56,423 nt of DNA, taken from positions 1-56,423 of the forward strand of contig DYEN01000577.1 in the NCBI GenBank assembly GCA_020725705.1, read 5' to 3'. Below the pieces are notes generated by a model. It worked only from the letters and a program-made list of their open reading frames with translations, did not search any database and was not told the DNA's origin. Positions 25,797-35,421 of this stretch are shown here, one piece after another. The number at the start of each line of letters is the position of its first letter. Position 1 is the stretch's first letter. Made by a program: the position numbers and the translations under genes. The stretch comes from Anaerolinea sp. Lineage in GTDB: Bacteria > Chloroflexota > Anaerolineae > Aggregatilineales > Aggregatilineaceae.

Positions 25797-28628
25797 ATGA
25801 CCCAACAACAGGGACCGACCTTAACGCGGCGTAACTTCCTCAAAGTGGGCGGGTTGACGACCGTCAGCGGCCTGGCAGCGTACAGCGGACTTGGCACCGG
25901 ATTCCGGCGGATCAGCGCCCAGGAAGCCCAGAACCGCCTGCAGAGCACGATCGTCTATACCGCCTGTGTTATGTGCCCGGCTGAATGTGCCCTGGCCGTG
26001 CGGGTGGAAAACGGTGTCGCCTCAGCTATCTATGGGAACAATCATGCACCCCTGAACTCTGGCGTGCTGTGCGCAAAAGGGGCGTCCGGTCTCCAGATGG
26101 CCTACAACGCGAATCGGGTCAAATACCCCATGATTCGCGTCGGCGAGCGTGGCGAAGGCAAATTCCGTCGCGCTTCGTGGGACGAGGCACTGGATTACAT
26201 CGCCGACAAGTTGATCCAGATTAAGCAGGAAAGCGGGCCAGAAGCGGTCATCATGGACGCCGGTGACGTCACCGACCGTGACCCGTACTACTATCTCTTC
26301 CGGGCCTTTGGCACGCCGCACACTGTGGAACACGGCTCCATCTGCGACACACCGCGCCGCCATGGCCCCAAGCTGATGTTTGGCGGCAAGCGTGTTGAAC
26401 CAGACATCATGCGTCCGGTGCTGGTGCGCCAGCCTGACGGCAGCTTGAAAAACGACTACCGCTATCGCACACGGCTAATCGTCTACGCCGGTTGGAACCC
26501 ATTCACGGCTACCCGCATCGTCTATGAGTCACGCGGGACAGTAGAGGCGAAACTGGCCGGCGCTCGCATCGTGGTCATCGACCCCGCTTTGTCCAACACG
26601 GCGACCAAAGCCGACCAGTGGATCCCGATCCGCCCCGGTACTGACCCGGACCTGTTTGCGGCCGTGCTGCGCTACATTCTGGAAAATCATCGCGACGACA
26701 ATCCTTTCCGGAAATACATCGATTGGTCCTTCCTGGAGTACAGCCAGGGATGGGAAGAATTCGAGGCGGACTTTAAGAGCTGGTGGAACAAGGAAGACCC
26801 CATCAACGGCCTGAACTACTTCACCCTGGAATGGGCGGAACAACGCACCGGCATTGACGCGCAGACAATCGCCGAACTGGCGCATACCTTCGGTATCACC
26901 AAACCCGCGGCCTGGGTGTGGGGAATGAATGGCATCGGCCACCACTACAACGGGTATGTCGCTTCGATCATCGGCACGGCCCTGAATGTTATAACCGGCA
27001 ATATGGAAATCCCCGGTGGCGCGATCGACACCGAAATTGTCAAGAGCAGCAAGGGCGGCAACGCCGGTGGTGGTCAGTTTAACCAGCGCGAAGTCACACG
27101 CCGTATCAACGGCCGCACCGTTACCGGCAAGCAGGAACAACTGCATATGGACTGGTACGGCGATTGGCCCGCGAGCTGGGACGATGTGGTGGGTGATTAT
27201 CCGCGCCGTTTTAACGAAGGGGTTACCCTGCGTTATGGGCCGTTCCGCGGGCACCAGTATCCCATCCGTGCCTTCTTCCTGCGCACCGGCAACCCGGTGA
27301 TCACTGCCAGCAACACCGAAACCTGGGTCGAGGCGTTAACCCGGAAGAACGGCGACAACTACAACGTGGACCTGGTTGTCTACATCGACACTCCCTTCCT
27401 GGAGACCGGTATGTACGCAGATGTTGTGCTGCCGGAATCCAGCTACCTGGAGCGAATGAGCCTCTCCGACATCTACCCCAGCCACCCGCTCATCTACCTG
27501 CGCGACTTCGTGATTGACAAGATGTACGAATCCAAGTCGCAGTATGACATCATGATCGCTCTGGCTAAGAAACTGCAGGAGAAGGGTGATCCGGACATCA
27601 ATCCCGCAGATTTCTGGGAGAAATATCCCACAGAAGAGGACTTCTGGAATGAGGCTCTAAAGGTCTCGCCCGGACGGGCCAACTGCGGACAGCCGCTGCC
27701 TTATCCTGACTATCCGGTCAATTACAAACTGCTCGGCACACCCGAATCCCTTGAAGCAGGCCGGGTCGAAGTTGACGACGAAAAGAAGGAAATCCGAGGC
27801 GAACCGGTGACGGTGCAATGGCTGCGCGATCACTATGGTGTCGCTGTGTGGCCGATGAGCTGGTTTCGCTTCCATGAAGGCGGCGTTCTGCAAACAGACA
27901 GCAAGAAGGTCGAGTTTGTTTGGGACTTCGAAGTGGAAGCGGACGATGCGGTGCAGCGCAAGGGTCGGTATGCCAAGTACAACAAGCTCATTGAGGAAGC
28001 CAACGAGACCCCGCCCAGCCTGCGCAGGCTCGGTTGGGAGAAATACCCCTCGAGCTTCTATTGGTTCGAGACGCTCTGGAACCCCTATACCAACCCGGAC
28101 TATGCCCAGTACAAAGACGAGTATCCGTTCCTGCTGGTCTCCGGACGTGTCCATCACGCCATGTCTGGCACACAGATGGTGGACTGGCTGGGTCGCCTTC
28201 CCACCGAAGACCTGTGGATGCCCCTGAACGACGAGCGCGTGGTGGATGAGATCATTGTCGGGCCGGATGGGCCTGCACCCTCTGGTCGCCGTGTGCGCGT
28301 GGCAAAGGGAACGTGGTGCATCGGCGTGATCCAGATGAATGCAGCCGATGGTGCCCGGCTTGGGCTTGAAACAGGCGACCTGGTCGAGCTTTCCACACCG
28401 CTGGGGCACACCACGCGCGGGAAAGTCTATCTGGTAGAGACCATACGGCCTGGCGTGCTACGCGTTCCGTTTGGTGGCGGTGGGCGCTTCAGCCCGGGTT
28501 TGGGCAAGACGTATGACTTCCGCGACGAGTCGCCCAACCACAATGCCCTCGTGGATCCTGAATGCCTGTCACCAATCATGGGACAACCAGCCTATTGCGA
28601 CATGATCGTCAAGGTGACCAAGGTATGA
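25797..28628 (+). CDS. Tat-exported molybdopterin (bis-MGD) oxidoreductase catalytic subunit, DMSO-reductase superfamily (Psr/Phs/Ttr/Arr clade); substrate unknown
   Basis: 943 aa. Tat motif LTRRNFLKVGG. N-terminal FS0 cluster motif C-x2-C-x3-C-x27-C (CVMCPAEC...LCAKG). Probable Mo-ligand Cys in EHGSICDTPRRHG. Large MGD-binding domains. Confidence 0.9.
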   Translation: MTQQQGPTLTRRNFLKVGGLTTVSGLAAYSGLGTGFRRISAQEAQNRLQSTIVYTACVMCPAECALAVRVENGVASAIYGNNHAPLNSGVLCAKGASGLQMAYNANRVKYPMIRVGERGEGKFRRASWDEALDYIADKLIQIKQESGPEAVIMDAGDVTDRDPYYYLFRAFGTPHTVEHGSICDTPRRHGPKLMFGGKRVEPDIMRPVLVRQPDGSLKNDYRYRTRLIVYAGWNPFTATRIVYESRGTVEAKLAGARIVVIDPALSNTATKADQWIPIRPGTDPDLFAAVLRYILENHRDDNPFRKYIDWSFLEYSQGWEEFEADFKSWWNKEDPINGLNYFTLEWAEQRTGIDAQTIAELAHTFGITKPAAWVWGMNGIGHHYNGYVASIIGTALNVITGNMEIPGGAIDTEIVKSSKGGNAGGGQFNQREVTRRINGRTVTGKQEQLHMDWYGDWPASWDDVVGDYPRRFNEGVTLRYGPFRGHQYPIRAFFLRTGNPVITASNTETWVEALTRKNGDNYNVDLVVYIDTPFLETGMYADVVLPESSYLERMSLSDIYPSHPLIYLRDFVIDKMYESKSQYDIMIALAKKLQEKGDPDINPADFWEKYPTEEDFWNEALKVSPGRANCGQPLPYPDYPVNYKLLGTPESLEAGRVEVDDEKKEIRGEPVTVQWLRDHYGVAVWPMSWFRFHEGGVLQTDSKKVEFVWDFEVEADDAVQRKGRYAKYNKLIEEANETPPSLRRLGWEKYPSSFYWFETLWNPYTNPDYAQYKDEYPFLLVSGRVHHAMSGTQMVDWLGRLPTEDLWMPLNDERVVDEIIVGPDGPAPSGRRVRVAKGTWCIGVIQMNAADGARLGLETGDLVELSTPLGHTTRGKVYLVETIRPGVLRVPFGGGGRFSPGLGKTYDFRDESPNHNALVDPECLSPIMGQPAYCDMIVKVTKV

Positions 28629-29269
28629 CGGTGACAGAACAAACACTGGCTGAGCGAGCAGGGCTTTACAGCCTGCTGCACGCCTTCTACACCTATCCTT
28701 TGACAGAGTCTTTGCTTGCTGACGTAGCTGGCCTGTCTCTGCCGGCTGAGTCGCCGTTGTTCGACGGCCTGGTGCAAATGCAAACCGGTCAGCTAAGCGC
28801 TGAGACGCTGAACGTGGAGATGACTCGATTGCTGGAAGGCCCTGGCCGCACACCGGCTCCACCTTACGCGTCCTACTATCTCAACGACAGGCAGTTGATG
28901 GGGCCGCCCGCTACGATGGCACGTCAGACTTACCTGGAATGGCAAATCTACCCGGAAGGCGACCAGTACATACCGGATGATCATCTGGCTCTGGAACTGG
29001 GCTTTATGGCCTATTTGGCCCAACTGGCCCTGTCATCAGAGCCGGACCGGAACAAAGCACTGGTGGCGAGCTACCGATTTCTGGTCGACCAGATTGTACC
29101 CTGGTTGCCTCACTTCAGCAGGGCGTTGACCCAAGCAACCGAGGAACCATTCTTTGTCGGGTTGGTACGCTTCACGCAAGCAGCCATTCAGTCGGACCTT
29201 GAGTGGCTGGAATCGTACCTGCGTGCAGATCCGCGCCAGGCGCCATCCGTCCAAACGCCAGGCGTTTAG
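28625..29269 (+). CDS. TorD/DmsD-family redox-enzyme maturation chaperone
   Basis: 214 aa. LYSLLHAFYTYPL ... PPYASYYL ... PDDHLALELGFMAYL is typical of TorD-like chaperones. ATGA overlap with the catalytic-subunit stop. Confidence 0.8.
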   Translation: MTVTEQTLAERAGLYSLLHAFYTYPLTESLLADVAGLSLPAESPLFDGLVQMQTGQLSAETLNVEMTRLLEGPGRTPAPPYASYYLNDRQLMGPPATMARQTYLEWQIYPEGDQYIPDDHLALELGFMAYLAQLALSSEPDRNKALVASYRFLVDQIVPWLPHFSRALTQATEEPFFVGLVRFTQAAIQSDLEWLESYLRADPRQAPSVQTPGV

Positions 29270-29279
29270 GAGGAAGAAA

Positions 29280-30473
29280 ATGGCTCAAACAACTGCAATA
29301 CGACCCGCAGCACCTGAGCGTCGCTTCAGTTTTCAACTGACAGATCTATTCTGGCTGTTGGGAATTGTCCTGCTGGCTGCCGGTGCATGGGGGATGTGGC
29401 AACGGCTGAGCGAAGGACTTGCCCCTACAGCCCTCAACAGCTATGTGCCTTGGGGTCTGTGGGTTGGCTTCTACGACTATCTGGTGTGGTTGGAAGTCGG
29501 CAGCCTGCTGGTCTTCACCACCGTTGTGTATCTGGTAGGCTACAAGCCTCTGGCCGCACTCAAGCCACAGATCTACTTCACGGGTTTCGTGGCTCTGTTC
29601 ATGGCACTGCTTCTTGTCCTGCTCGACTTAGGGCGGCCGACGCGCTTCTGGCACGTCTATCTGTATCCGGACTTTGGCTCCATGATCACCTGGATGGTCT
29701 GGCTGCATACCGCCTATTTGGTCATCCTGTTGGCCAAACTTCTGCTGGTGACCAACAGAGTGTCGGTTGGGCCAGAACGGAGAGACTGGCTTCTACAAAA
29801 GCTAGCCTATCTGAGTCTGCCTATGGGCCTGGCTTTGATCATCGTCAGCGGCTCGATCTTCGGCGTGGTCACCGCGCGGCCCCTGTGGAACACCTCATCA
29901 CTTCCCTTGATGTTCCTGCTCTCGTCCCTGGCTGCAGGAAGCGCGCTCATCACACTCTTGGCCGTGTTGTTCTGGCCGAATCGGCAAACAGATGAGTATC
30001 GTCAGGTGATGAAGCTGCTTGCCCGGATGACAGCCTGGCTGCTGCTGGCCGGAGCCTTTGCGGCAGGTATCATCGGGTTGACGTTCCTGTATCAGGGCAG
30101 TCCGGCGCGAGCAGAAGCGGTGAATCTGGTTCTGACAGGGCCTTACTGGTGGAGCTTCTGGATCGTCCACTTGTTAATCGGTGTGCTGATACCCCTGCTG
30201 GTCCTCTTCACCCAGGCTCACAGGCCAGCGCTAGTCGGCTTTGCCAGCCTGCTGGCTGTAGTCACGTTTGTGGCAGTGACCCTCAACATCGTGATCCCGG
30301 CACTGGCTACGCCGGAGCTGGAAGGTCTGGTGCTGGCCTATGTGGATCCGAAGATGAGCTTTGATTACGTACCCAATCTGACAGAGTGGATGTTAATTTC
30401 GTTCATTTTTGGGTTGGGTGGTGTTGTGTATGGTCTGGGTCTTCGCTGGCTACCGGTAAAACCGGCGGCCTAG
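29280..30473 (+). CDS. NrfD/PsrC-family polytopic quinol-interacting membrane anchor
   Basis: 397 aa with about 8-10 hydrophobic helices. NrfD-like N-terminal pattern (WGLWVGFYDYLVWLEVGS). AGGAGG lies upstream of the ATG at 29280. Last gene of the operon. Confidence 0.8.
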   Translation: MAQTTAIRPAAPERRFSFQLTDLFWLLGIVLLAAGAWGMWQRLSEGLAPTALNSYVPWGLWVGFYDYLVWLEVGSLLVFTTVVYLVGYKPLAALKPQIYFTGFVALFMALLLVLLDLGRPTRFWHVYLYPDFGSMITWMVWLHTAYLVILLAKLLLVTNRVSVGPERRDWLLQKLAYLSLPMGLALIIVSGSIFGVVTARPLWNTSSLPLMFLLSSLAAGSALITLLAVLFWPNRQTDEYRQVMKLLARMTAWLLLAGAFAAGIIGLTFLYQGSPARAEAVNLVLTGPYWWSFWIVHLLIGVLIPLLVLFTQAHRPALVGFASLLAVVTFVAVTLNIVIPALATPELEGLVLAYVDPKMSFDYVPNLTEWMLISFIFGLGGVVYGLGLRWLPVKPAA

Positions 30474-30534
30474 GACCCCGGGGCCATCGCCGCAATAGGC
30501 CTATGTAGGCCCGACAGATTGAAGTTGGCGACCC

Positions 30535-30576
30535 GGGCCGGCTGGCTATCAGGCCTACCCTGTAACCAGCCGGCCC
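30535..30576 (+). terminator. Stem-loop downstream of the NrfD-like gene (possible terminator, no U-tract)
   Basis: 11-bp perfect stem, GGGCCGGCTGG (30535..30545) and CCAGCCGGCCC (30566..30576), with a 20-nt loop. Confidence 0.35.
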
Positions 30577-31049
30577 ACCGGCTTACGCAGCTATTTTCGG
30601 GAACACTTCCGTGACAGCCCCGATTGCACGCTTAGCAATCGGGCGCAAGCGAGCAATACTGCTGGTTGGGCAAACGTCTGTATGAATGAGCCTGCAGGCG
30701 AGCCTCTGTTGCCTCAAGATGCAAGCACAACTGAAAAGCCGCCGAACAAGAGCACCCGAAGCCGAGAACAAACCCCGCTACCCAAGCATCGTCCCTGCGA
30801 GACCATCTAACACCGCCGCTTCCCATCAAGGGTATAAGACGCTCTAGATTCGCCACCTTTATACGAGCAGCGATGTAGAGTCGTTCCTGAACAGCTTTAG
30901 GAGTTATGCTATGCTGTGTGACTTTATTGTCCACACGCGGAGGATCGCCTACGCCCTGTGCATCCCAAGGAATGACTCCCCTACACCTTATGTCACTCGA
31001 CGCGCCAGCATTTGACTGGCCATAATGTTCGATGGCCGGAGAGGTCTTC

Positions 31050-31895
31050 TCAGCCCTTGATCCCGGTCATCGAGATGCCCTCGATGAAGTAGCGCTGGAG
31101 CATATAGAAGACGACAATCGGCGGCATGGCAGCGAGCACCGCACCGGCCATCGCCTGACCGTACGCCTGCGCACCTTGCGCCTGGCCGGGCCGCAGGCTC
31201 ATGAACTGCGCGATCCCGACCGGTAGCGTGCGCGAAGCGTCGGTGCGGGTGGCGATCAGGGGCCAGAAGAAGCTGTTCCAGGTGGAAAGAAACGTGACGA
31301 TGGCGACCGCCGTCAGTGCGGGCTTGGCCAGCGGCAGCACCACCGACCACCAGATGCGCAGCGTACTCGCGCCGTCCACACGGGCGGCGTCTTCCAGCTC
31401 ATAGGGGATGTTCAGGAAGAACTGCCGCATCAAAAAGACGCCGGTCACATTGGCCCCCACCGGCAGGATCAGCGCCAGGTAGGTGTCCGTCAGGTTCAAC
31501 TCGGAGAACATTAGAAACAGCGGCACAACCGTGATCTGCATCGGCACGAACAGCATCGACAGGATTACGGCGAAGATCACACCCCGCCCGGCGAACCGCA
31601 TCCGCGCCAGCGCGTACCCGGCCAGCGAATCGAGTAGCAGCACCAGCAGTGTTGCGCCAGTGGAGACGATCAGGCTGTTGAGCGTCCAGCGCAGGATATT
31701 GAAGCGGTCAAAGACGCGCTGGTAGTTGTCCAGCGTGAAGGTGCGTGGAATCCAGCGCACATCGATCGTTGCGATCTCGGTTTCCGGCTTAAACGAGGTC
31801 GAGAGCATCCAAGCGATCGGCGCCAGCATCACCACGACCAGCGCCACCAGCAGCGCGTACCAGATCAGTTTGCCGAGCAGCCGCATCGAGATCAT
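31050..31895 (-). CDS. Carbohydrate ABC transporter permease (MalG/BPD_transp_1 type)
   Basis: 281 aa, 6 TM. EAA loop [28 protein letters not shown]. 4-nt overlap with the upstream permease gene. Confidence 0.9.
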   Translation of the reverse strand: MISMRLLGKLIWYALLVALVVVMLAPIAWMLSTSFKPETEIATIDVRWIPRTFTLDNYQRVFDRFNILRWTLNSLIVSTGATLLVLLLDSLAGYALARMRFAGRGVIFAVILSMLFVPMQITVVPLFLMFSELNLTDTYLALILPVGANVTGVFLMRQFFLNIPYELEDAARVDGASTLRIWWSVVLPLAKPALTAVAIVTFLSTWNSFFWPLIATRTDASRTLPVGIAQFMSLRPGQAQGAQAYGQAMAGAVLAAMPPIVVFYMLQRYFIEGISMTGIKG

Positions 31896-32848
31896 GACGC
31901 CACCCCGCGAATGCCTCGCCGGTACAGGTACGCCTGCATCAGTGCGAACACGATCAGAATTCCGAACAGCAGCGTCGCCACCGCCGCGCCGTAGCCCATG
32001 CGCAGGTTCTGGAAGGCGGTGGTGTAGATGTACTGCACCAGCGTCAGGGTCGAGGTGCCCGGCCCGCCGGAAGTCATGACATACACCTGGTCAAAAACCT
32101 GAAACGAGTTGATCAGCGTCAGCATCAAGACAACGAACGTCGTCGGAGCGAGCAGCGGCAGAGTAATGTGCCGCAGCAGGTGTAGGGGGCCGGCGCCGTC
32201 GATGCGCGCCGCCTCGTACAGCTCGGCAGGGATGTCTTGCAGGCCTGCCAAAAACAGGACCATGCCGTAGCCCACCGTCCACCAAACCGTGGTGAGAATG
32301 ATGCCATAGAGCGCCACATCCTGGCTGACCAGCCACGGCAGCCCGCCGATGCCCAGTTTGTTTAGATAGGCGTTCAGCAGCCCGAAGTCTTTTTCAAGAA
32401 TCCACGTCCACAGCACACCAACCACAGTAGACATCAGGACATAGGGCGTGAACGCGGCGACCCGGCCCAGCGCGCGGCCTTTGTGCGGCTGGTTGAGGAA
32501 GATCGCCAGCGCCAGACTGAGCACCACTAGTAGGGGAACCGTCAGACCGGTGAAGAAAGCCGTGTTTTTGAGCGCCGCTTCCAGGCGTGGGTCGATGCGC
32601 ATCAGCTCGTAATTGGCGGTGCCGACCCACTCCGGCGAGCCGACAATCGACCACCGGGTAAACGACATCCCCAGCCCAAAGAGCGACGGCCCCAGCCGGA
32701 ACGTCAGAAAGGTCAACAGGTAGGGCAGCAGAAAGAGGTAGGGCGTCCACCGGGAATACAGGTGGCCCGTGCCGCTCGCGGTGCTGGCGACGGCACTCGT
32801 ACGGGGACGTGGCAGAACGCGCATAACAGCTCCTGCGATCACCTGCAA
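31892..32848 (-). CDS. Carbohydrate ABC transporter permease (MalF type)
   Basis: EAA loop [26 protein letters not shown]; polytopic. The start may be the internal Met at 32824. Confidence 0.9.
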   Translation of the reverse strand: MQVIAGAVMRVLPRPRTSAVASTASGTGHLYSRWTPYLFLLPYLLTFLTFRLGPSLFGLGMSFTRWSIVGSPEWVGTANYELMRIDPRLEAALKNTAFFTGLTVPLLVVLSLALAIFLNQPHKGRALGRVAAFTPYVLMSTVVGVLWTWILEKDFGLLNAYLNKLGIGGLPWLVSQDVALYGIILTTVWWTVGYGMVLFLAGLQDIPAELYEAARIDGAGPLHLLRHITLPLLAPTTFVVLMLTLINSFQVFDQVYVMTSGGPGTSTLTLVQYIYTTAFQNLRMGYGAAVATLLFGILIVFALMQAYLYRRGIRGVAS

Positions 32849-32923
32849 TCAATGATGAAGCGGGATGGAGTGGCCAGGCGAACAGGCCACTCCATCACCC
32901 GCCGAATTGCGGCTCGTTTCGAG

Positions 32924-34231
32924 TTACTGCATCTGCAAGATGAACGTGATCTCGTCGCAGGCTGTCTGCGCGGCGGTGACCGGGTCCGCCTGCTCCAGCA
33001 TGATGCTCTGCGCCATCACCATCATGGGCGTGGGCGCGTTGGACGCGAAGATCTCGTTATAGGCGGGGATGCCGGGCAGGAAGACCTCGTACGGCATCAT
33101 TTCGATGAACGCCTCGCGCCCGTACATCGCGCGGAACTCCTCGGACTCCATCACCTCACGGTAGGCCGGAAGCTGGCCGGCGCGGGCCCAGGCGGTCGAG
33201 TTGGCGGCCAGCCATTCGATGAACTGGAGTGCCTCGTCGCGCTTCTCCGGATCGGCAACCTTTGACGGCAGCGTCAGGTTGTGCCCGCTGCCCCACACGG
33301 CGTAGTTCTCCTCGAACACCTGCGGGTACTTGGCCGACGCCCAGCGGAACCCGGTTTCGGCCTCGGCAGCCTCGAAGGCCGGCATCTGCCACGGACCGTC
33401 GATCAGCATGGCGGTGCGGCCGGAGAGGAAGTCGCGGGCATAGTCGGTTTGCCCCTGTGGGGCGATATGGTGCGTGTAGACCAGGTCTTGCAGGAACTGC
33501 CACGCTTGTGCGGCTTTGTCAATGTCCATCGCGCACTCGGTCCCGTCCTCGGAGATTAGCTCGCCGCCGAGCTGGCGATAGAGCGCCCACCACTGGAAGA
33601 AGGCGTGATGGTTGGAGTGCATGTTGATCGCGTACTGGACGACATTATCAGGGTCAAAACCCTCGTCGTCGGGGTGGTTGCCGTTGGCATCCACCGTGAG
33701 CTGCTTGCCGATCTCGATCAGCTCTGCACCGGTCGTGGGCGGGTTCTCGATCCCGGCCTGCTCGAACAGATCCAGGTTATAGTACAGACCGTGCATGTGC
33801 AGGTCGAGCGGGATGGCGTAGAGTGTGCCCTCGTAGATGTTCGGGTTCCACGCGCTTTCCAGGTAGTTCTCAGGCTTGAGGATCTCGGATCCGGCAATCA
33901 GGTCATCCAGGGGCGTCAGCAGGTCCAGCACGATGAACTGCGCCAGCTCCTGCGGGTGCATCGCCAGGATGTCGGGCGCTTCGTTCGAGGCCGAGGCCAC
34001 GACGAAGGCGTCAAACAGCGGTGACCACTGCTGGCGGGTGAGGGTAATCTGAATGTTAGGATGTTCGGAGTTCCATTGCTGGACAAGCTGGTCCATGATA
34101 TCACCGTCCGGACCGGTCCAGCCGCCCCAGAATTCCAGGGTGACAACGTCGCCCTGTGCGCTGGCCGCCGCGGGGAGTAGCAGCGCCAGCAGCACCAGCA
34201 TCACACCGAAAGGACGTCCGATTCTCTTCAT
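32924..34231 (-). CDS. Extracellular solute-binding protein (family 1, sugar-type)
   Basis: 435 aa. Signal peptide [27 protein letters not shown]. Typical SBP_bac_1 composition ([10 protein letters not shown]..., DGPWQ). Lies upstream of the two permease genes. Confidence 0.88.
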   Translation of the reverse strand: MKRIGRPFGVMLVLLALLLPAAASAQGDVVTLEFWGGWTGPDGDIMDQLVQQWNSEHPNIQITLTRQQWSPLFDAFVVASASNEAPDILAMHPQELAQFIVLDLLTPLDDLIAGSEILKPENYLESAWNPNIYEGTLYAIPLDLHMHGLYYNLDLFEQAGIENPPTTGAELIEIGKQLTVDANGNHPDDEGFDPDNVVQYAINMHSNHHAFFQWWALYRQLGGELISEDGTECAMDIDKAAQAWQFLQDLVYTHHIAPQGQTDYARDFLSGRTAMLIDGPWQMPAFEAAEAETGFRWASAKYPQVFEENYAVWGSGHNLTLPSKVADPEKRDEALQFIEWLAANSTAWARAGQLPAYREVMESEEFRAMYGREAFIEMMPYEVFLPGIPAYNEIFASNAPTPMMVMAQSIMLEQADPVTAAQTACDEITFILQMQ

Positions 34232-34387
34232 CGCAGTTCGCTCCTCAAATCACTCTTCGTTGAGATGGGCCAACTTCGGGCTTTATCAAGCGATAAACGG
34301 CGGCGTGCGCTCCTCCTTTCTGCGCAAAACTTTCCTAAGAGCGGTTATGAGCTTCAACCCGTGCCACGCGGTGAAGCCCCTCGAACC

Positions 34388-34503
34388 CCCTCACCCTCTG
34401 CCTCTCTCGCTCTGCGACTTCGTTGCGGAGAGCGGAAAACGCCGCGTCGCTCAAGCCCCTCTCCCGAGGCGAGGCGCACAGGGAGAGAGGTTTCGGGTGA
34501 GGG
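34388..34503. repeat. GC-rich palindromic intergenic (REP/MITE-like) element, copy B
   Basis: Terminal inverted repeat CCCTCACCC (34388..34396) and GGGTGAGGG (34495..34503). Nested inverted repeats CTCTCTC/GAGAGAG and CCCCTCTCCC/GGGAGAGAGG. Same GGGTGAGGGCC end as copy A. Confidence 0.55.
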
Positions 34504-34515
34504 CCAACTCCAGCT

Positions 34516-35421
34516 TCAGGCAAGACGCAGGTCAAGCACCTCAAGTGCCTGCACCTGCGCCCACTTGCGGCGGACGACGGTTTCAGGCGCAGGCAGCAGC
34601 GGAGCGCGCACCGTCCCGACCGGCAGGCCGCGCACGTCGAGCATCGCCTTGAACAACGACAGGTCACGCCCGTCCTCGAGGATCTCGCGCAGCGCGTTAA
34701 CCTGCCGCTGCAGCGTTCGCGCCCGTACCAGGTCGCCGGACACCGCCGCGTGATAGAGGGCGGTGATCAGCTCTGGGGCGTAGTTAGCGTTGCCGGACAC
34801 GCAAGCATCGATGCCCAGCGCCAGCGCCGCCAAGATATCGCCGTCGTTGCCGCTGGCGGTGTTAAAGGCGCCGTCGTGCAGCGTCATGCAGCGCAGCAGG
34901 TTCTCGAGATGCCCGCTGCTGTCTTTCATGCCGGTGACGTGCGGATAGGTTTCCGCCAGACGCACCACCAGCCCGGCGTCGATCGTGTTGCCGGTCACAC
35001 CGGGGTTGTTGTAGAGATAGATCGGAAAGTCTGGCACCGCCTCGCAGACCTGGGCGAAGTGCCGGAACAGTGCCTCATCCGGGAAGTGGAAGTAGTAGGG
35101 CGTGATCAGCGCCGCTGCCGACGCGCCGCAGCTTTGCGCGTGACGCGTCAGCTCAACCGCCTCGCGCGTCGTGATCGCGCCGGTGTGAATGATGACCGGG
35201 ATGCGCCCGTCCGCCGCCCGGACCACCGTCTCGGCCAGCGCGCGGCGCTCTTCTGGCGAGAGCAATGGCCCCTCGCCGGTCGTCCCGCCGGGGAACAGGC
35301 CGTGCACCCCGCGCTCGATCAGGAACTCAACCAGCCGCCCGATCGCGGCATGGTCGAGTGCGCCGTGGCGGTCAAACGGCGTCAACAGCGGGACGATGAC
35401 GCCCCTGATACGCAAGCTCAC
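34516..35421 (-). CDS. Dihydrodipicolinate synthase/N-acetylneuraminate lyase family (class I aldolase)
   Basis: 301 aa. GVIVPLLTPF, GLFPGGTTGEGPLLSPEER and YLYNNPGVTG are typical of the DHDPS/NAL family. Confidence 0.88.
   Translation of the reverse strand: MSLRIRGVIVPLLTPFDRHGALDHAAIGRLVEFLIERGVHGLFPGGTTGEGPLLSPEERRALAETVVRAADGRIPVIIHTGAITTREAVELTRHAQSCGASAAALITPYYFHFPDEALFRHFAQVCEAVPDFPIYLYNNPGVTGNTIDAGLVVRLAETYPHVTGMKDSSGHLENLLRCMTLHDGAFNTASGNDGDILAALALGIDACVSGNANYAPELITALYHAAVSGDLVRARTLQRQVNALREILEDGRDLSLFKAMLDVRGLPVGTVRAPLLPAPETVVRRKWAQVQALEVLDLRLA

Larger units (their letters stand above)
20344..31049. other. Compositionally distinct (lower-GC) block carrying the sensor/regulator genes and the molybdoenzyme operon
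   Basis: Hand counts of single 60-nt lines: 23341-23400 is 24/60 GC and 26701-26760 is 29/60 GC. The flanks give 45/60 at 19501-19560 and a similarly high value at 31141-31200 by eye. No mobility gene is visible. Confidence 0.55.

Noticed and set aside
27960-27971. KGRY tetrapeptide in the molybdoenzyme catalytic subunit, as a possible ArrA (arsenate reductase) active-site signature
   Set aside because: In ArrA the (R/K)GRY motif lies roughly 28 residues before the Mo-ligand Cys in the N-terminal third. Here it is at residues 722-725, far from the HGSIC Cys region. The match is therefore coincidental and does not support an arsenate reductase call.
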